A stretch of DNA of 64,000 nt from Coprothermobacterota bacterium (lineage in GTDB: Bacteria > Coprothermobacterota > HKB111), in the NCBI GenBank assembly GCA_037446255.1, contig JBBIIY010000001.1, forward strand, positions 10,550 to 74,549, in the 5' to 3' direction. Below the pieces are notes generated by a model. It was not told the DNA's origin and ran no database searches. It worked only from the letters and a program-made list of their open reading frames with translations. Shown in pieces: positions 60,203 through 64,000 of the stretch; within the stretch, counting starts at the first letter, position 1; each line of letters begins with the position of its first letter. A program made the position numbers and the translations under genes.

Positions 60203-61642
60203 ATGAAAATATGGGCTTTGAATCATAAAACACCTGGTGGGAACATGGTCATCCCTAACGACCAATTACATTTAAGAAAAAGATTATTGACCATAGCCCT
60301 ACCGGTAATAGCTGAAAACTTATTACAGGTTGTTTTTCACTTTGCCGATATGATTTTTGTAGGAAAATTAGGTGCCATTGCCCTGGCTGGAATAGGGGTA
60401 GCCCATCAATTTATTATGCTGGTAATAGCTGTTCTCATCTCTTTTAATATAGGTATAGTAGTCTTGACTTCCCAGAATATTGGCGCTAAAAAAATTGAAG
60501 CTGCTCAAAAAGTTGTGTTTCAAGCTCTTTATTTAGGGTTAGCGGTTTCCCTGGTTCTCTCTACCGTTGCTATACTATTCTCCTATGATCTTCCTCGTAT
60601 TTTTGGAGTGTCTGAACAATTAAGAAAATTTAGTGGAGATTACCTTTATTATTTATTTACTCCTTCTATCGTTTTTATATGGATGTTTGGTTTAACTGCT
60701 GCTTTTCGTGGGTCTGGAGATACCAGGACTCCGCTGTATGTAGCAATTCTTGCCAATGGCTTAAATATTTTTCTTGATTATGTGCTTATCTTTGGTGTTT
60801 GGGGATTTCCCAGGTTGGGGGTCAGTGGAGCAGCTATTGCTACTTCTATCTCACGGGGTGTAGGCTGTCTGTTACTATTTATTATTATATTTAACCGGAA
60901 AAGACCTTTTCATCTTCCTTTTAAGTTACCAGGAATAGATTTTTCAATTATTAAAAGGATATTGACCATCGGAATTCCCACTGTTATAGAAAGACTAGCA
61001 TTTTCCTTTGGAGGATTCATATATGCGCGGATAGTACTTTCAATTAGCGAAAAAGCCTTCGCAGCTCATAGAATTGCTTTAAATGTAGAATCTCTATCTT
61101 TTAACCCGGGAATGGGTTTTGCTGTGGCTACCACAGCTTTAGTAGGAATGATTGTGGGAGCGGGAGATTCCCTCAAAGCCAAAAGGGCAGCTATAGAATC
61201 TTTGAAAATAGCTACGACTATCATGGGCATCCTTGGTATATTCTTCTTTTTCTTCCCTGACTTGTTAGTAAAACTTTTTACTTCAGATGAGGAAGTTATT
61301 AACCAGTCAAGAGATGTAATAAAAATTATCGCTTTAGTTCAACCTTTCTTAGCTACAGTATTTGTTTTAGAAGGAGCTTTAAGGGGTGGGGGCGATACCA
61401 GGACTCCTATGTATATTACAGCTTCAGGTATGTGGCTGGTAAGACTACCCCTGGCTTATTTGTTGGTGGTTCGGGGAGAAATGGGTCTTATTGGAGCCTG
61501 GTTAGCCATGAGTGCTGACATTTTTTATAAAGGTGTTATGGTATTTACTATGTTTATCAGGAAAAAAGCATTCAAATCTCATGTGGAAAAAATAAAGCAA
61601 GAAGAAGCAATTCTGGAAGATACCACAGAAATAGGGGAATAA
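60203..61642 (+). CDS. MATE-family multidrug/oligosaccharide efflux transporter
   Basis: 479 aa, 12-TM topology. The duplicated motif GSGDTRTP (near 60711) and GGGDTRTP (near 61389) is typical of the MATE family. Confidence 0.85.
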   Translation: MKIWALNHKTPGGNMVIPNDQLHLRKRLLTIALPVIAENLLQVVFHFADMIFVGKLGAIALAGIGVAHQFIMLVIAVLISFNIGIVVLTSQNIGAKKIEAAQKVVFQALYLGLAVSLVLSTVAILFSYDLPRIFGVSEQLRKFSGDYLYYLFTPSIVFIWMFGLTAAFRGSGDTRTPLYVAILANGLNIFLDYVLIFGVWGFPRLGVSGAAIATSISRGVGCLLLFIIIFNRKRPFHLPFKLPGIDFSIIKRILTIGIPTVIERLAFSFGGFIYARIVLSISEKAFAAHRIALNVESLSFNPGMGFAVATTALVGMIVGAGDSLKAKRAAIESLKIATTIMGILGIFFFFFPDLLVKLFTSDEEVINQSRDVIKIIALVQPFLATVFVLEGALRGGGDTRTPMYITASGMWLVRLPLAYLLVVRGEMGLIGAWLAMSADIFYKGVMVFTMFIRKKAFKSHVEKIKQEEAILEDTTEIGE

Positions 61643-61754
61643 TTTCTCTAGGTAATGTTTTCATTTTATTATTAGGCTGTTTTTATCGCAAGGAACTCTT
61701 AAAGATTGTAATGCGTCAAATTATTAGTATTATAATTAAAAGGAGGTTTTAGCA

Positions 61755-62552
61755 ATGAAAATAACCAAGATAAATATATTCCTAGGGCTCCTGTTAGTTG
61801 GTTTTATCATATTATCGGGATATTATGTTTTACCTCATCTAAGGAGTGAAAAAATAGCACCGAATATTGTCGTATTTCAACGTCCAGATTATAACAATTT
61901 GCCCTGGGAGGTCAAAAACTGGATAGAGGACTCTAAAGAATTATTCTTATCTCAAAAAAGGGTTTTTGGGAGCAAAACATATATACTGGTTACCTGGGGC
62001 CTGAAACCCACAGCCGGGTATTCAGTAAAGATTGATGAAGTATTTAATGAAAATGGCAAATTGGTGGTAAGTGTTCTCCTGAAAGATCCACCTGCTGATA
62101 GTATGGTAGCCCAGGTTCTCACTTTTCCTTACGATTTAATAGTTATCAACTATGAAGTTGGGGATGTAGAGTTTCGTGGGAAGGGAGCAGAAGAGTATCT
62201 TCCAACCTTGGTAGGTGTTCCTTACTTGAAACCCTTCTACGCTCAATCAGAAAATATAAAGCTTTTTGAACTGAGTTATTCAGGCTCTAAAAAAAGAAAC
62301 ATCTATATGGAAGGAATTGCCCGAGTATTTGAGGCAACTTATCTGTACAGGATAGTAGATTTTAATGGTACTGAAGTAGTATCAGGCTTTTCCATGGCTA
62401 AAGCTGGAGGCCCCGATTGGGGGTATTTTGACTTATTCCTTACTCTTTCGGAAACGGCTTCTCCAGGTGAATATTTACTGGAAATATACACCGCCAGCCC
62501 TAAAGATGGTTCTAAACAAGATACAGTTAGGGTTATTTTTAATATTGAATAA
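61755..62552 (+). CDS. Hypothetical secreted/anchored protein with PrcB-C-like and Gmad2-like Ig-fold regions (tentative)
   Basis: N-terminal signal/anchor. A middle region (TYILVTWGLKPTAGYSVKIDEV...) resembles the PrcB C-terminal domain. The C-terminal beta-region resembles Gmad2-type Ig-like domains. 265 aa. Confidence 0.4.
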   Translation: MKITKINIFLGLLLVGFIILSGYYVLPHLRSEKIAPNIVVFQRPDYNNLPWEVKNWIEDSKELFLSQKRVFGSKTYILVTWGLKPTAGYSVKIDEVFNENGKLVVSVLLKDPPADSMVAQVLTFPYDLIVINYEVGDVEFRGKGAEEYLPTLVGVPYLKPFYAQSENIKLFELSYSGSKKRNIYMEGIARVFEATYLYRIVDFNGTEVVSGFSMAKAGGPDWGYFDLFLTLSETASPGEYLLEIYTASPKDGSKQDTVRVIFNIE

Positions 62553-62557
62553 ATAAT

Positions 62558-63607
62558 ATGACCAAGGTAGCTCTGCTTTTATCTGGAGGATTAGACTCTT
62601 CTTTTGCTCTCTACCTGCTGAGAGAAAAAGGTTTTGAGGTCAAAGGTTTTTCGCTATTATTTCATCCCCAGTCAAGGTGCTGTTCCATTGATGGTTTAAA
62701 AAGGGCTGAATGGCTTTGTAAAACCCTCGGAGTTGATTACGAATTACTGGATATGTCTGAGGAGTTTGAGAAGTCAGTGATTAACCCTTTTGTTGAAGGT
62801 TATCTCGCTGGAGCTACTCCCAATCCCTGCCTTGCGTGCAATCGCCATATCAAATTCGGGTCATTTTTAGATTTAATGTTGAAATATGGTTTTGATTGCA
62901 TTGCATCAGGTCACTATGCCATAATTGAAGAAAATACAAAAAATCAGGAGTTCTTTTTAAAAAAAGGGATAGATACAACTAAAGACCAATCATATATGCT
63001 TTTTTATTTAAGAAAACAATATCTGGAAAAATTACTGTTCCCCCTGGGTTCAATGTTCAAGGAAGAAGTTATCAAAATTTCAAAGCAAATAGGTATCTGG
63101 GCTGGTGAAGTAAAGGAAAGCCAGGATATCTGTTTCATTAAAGGAAACCTCGGTTCCTTTTTCCAGGAGAAGGGTGTAATACCAGATAAAGGGCTGATTA
63201 TTAATGATAAAGGCCAATCACTTGGATACCACAAAGGTTTGTTTCTTTATACTATTGGTCAGCGTGAAGGGTTAGGGATATCTTATCGTGAACCATTATA
63301 TGTAATTGATAAAGACCTGGAAAAGAACTGCTTGATAGTTGGAAGAAGAGACGATGCCTTGAAGAAAAATCTTTTAGTTTCAGATTTAAATTTTCTTATT
63401 GATGACTATAAAAATACAGAAATGATAGTTAAGGCACGTATTCGTTATGGCATGAAAGAAAAGGAAGCAACGATAAAACCTATATCCAACGATAAAATAG
63501 AATTAGTTTTTTCTGAACCACAATTTGCTCCCACTAAAGGACAAGGGGCAGTATTTTATAAGGATGATATAGTAATCGGTGGGGGAATAATTCAAGAAAC
63601 TTTATAA
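62558..63607 (+). CDS. mnmA: tRNA-specific 2-thiouridylase MnmA
   Basis: ALLLSGGLDSS PP-loop plus conserved Cys residues. 349 aa. Confidence 0.9.
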   Translation: MTKVALLLSGGLDSSFALYLLREKGFEVKGFSLLFHPQSRCCSIDGLKRAEWLCKTLGVDYELLDMSEEFEKSVINPFVEGYLAGATPNPCLACNRHIKFGSFLDLMLKYGFDCIASGHYAIIEENTKNQEFFLKKGIDTTKDQSYMLFYLRKQYLEKLLFPLGSMFKEEVIKISKQIGIWAGEVKESQDICFIKGNLGSFFQEKGVIPDKGLIINDKGQSLGYHKGLFLYTIGQREGLGISYREPLYVIDKDLEKNCLIVGRRDDALKKNLLVSDLNFLIDDYKNTEMIVKARIRYGMKEKEATIKPISNDKIELVFSEPQFAPTKGQGAVFYKDDIVIGGGIIQETL

Positions 63608-63675
63608 ATAATTGTTGAAAGTTTCAAATATTTTTATCACCATTTGGTTTGTAATTAATATAAAATAGTATTCAT

Positions 63676-64000
63676 ATGAATCCATACGATGATTATGACC
63701 AGTCATATAGAGAAAATTTTAATTCTTATCCTTTTTATGGAACTGACCGCTTTCAAGCTTACCGAATATTAGAGAGAGAACTCAAGCATTATGAAGGCGT
63801 AAGCTTGGAAACTGCTTTAGAAGGAAAATTCATAGAAAATCAAGGGGGAGTTTGTTTTAAGGTAGGAAAGTCTGAGCCTATCAAATTACCTGAATTTAAT
63901 CAAAGTAGAGTAAAGTTAGACATTGCTTCTAATCTGACGCTATTATATGGCGTGGGCGTAAACGAAGAAATCAAACTCAGAACAGAAGGTTTTGAGAATC
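63676..64000 (+). CDS. Hypothetical protein, 5' part only (runs off the window end), with a possible helix-hairpin-helix motif
   Basis: ORF begins MNPYDDYDQSY... and stays open to 64000. LTLLYGVGVNEEIKL resembles an HhH (L..GvG...a..I) motif. Confidence 0.35.
   Translation, partial: MNPYDDYDQSYRENFNSYPFYGTDRFQAYRILERELKHYEGVSLETALEGKFIENQGGVCFKVGKSEPIKLPEFNQSRVKLDIASNLTLLYGVGVNEEIKLRTEGFEN

Noticed and set aside
1-64000. CRISPR arrays, IS elements, integrases or prophage next to tRNA genes
   Set aside because: No short regularly spaced repeats, no transposase, integrase or recombinase ORFs, and no terminal inverted repeats were seen. All three tRNA loci are flanked by housekeeping genes.

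Overview
This is a low-GC bacterial chromosomal segment that is almost entirely core housekeeping genes, with Firmicutes-like order. Genes are tightly packed, with many 1-40 nt overlaps suggesting translational coupling. I found no CRISPR array, transposase, integrase, prophage or recognisable defence cassette.

Gene content in order:
- gyrB-gyrA at the 5' end.
- An archaeal-flavoured trio: archease, the RNA ligase RtcB, and an archaeal-type S-adenosylmethionine synthetase (MAT).
- An M20 peptidase, then tRNA-Pro(TGG) and tRNA-Arg(TCT).
- A long operon: rimP-nusA-ylxR-infB-DUF503-rbfA-nrnA-ribF-rpsO-pnp-rnj-rodZ-rimO-thpR-recA-recX-rny-ymdB.
- rpsT, an M48 membrane protease, a HIT protein / nucleotidyltransferase / DUF4388 protein block, an NCS2 permease, and tldD-pmbA.
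- A SH3b-SpoIID cell-wall pair, topB, and murF-murD with murC nearby.
- tRNA-Leu(CAG) and a creatininase-family gene.
- A complete Enterococcus-type V/A-ATPase operon in subunit order G/H-I-K-E-C-F-A-B-D. It is led by tRNA-Ile(GAT)-tRNA-Ala(TGC) and trailed by a gamma-carbonic-anhydrase-like gene plus a 59-aa ORF that the ORF track does not list.
- ftsK, a MATE efflux gene, a PrcB/Gmad2-like secreted protein, and mnmA.

The most unusual points are:
- the archease-RtcB-archaeal-MAT cluster;
- the tRNA-led V-ATPase operon with its coupled gamma-CA and micro-ORF tail;
- tandem 21-22 nt direct repeats abutting a perfect consensus promoter, and a leader hairpin, upstream of rimP;
- a 324-bp antisense overlap between topB and a membrane-protein ORF;
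- several uncharacterised membrane or secreted proteins.

Nothing here is a clear-cut novel multi-gene system. All calls rest on reading the ORF translations and motifs by eye, with no database searches.
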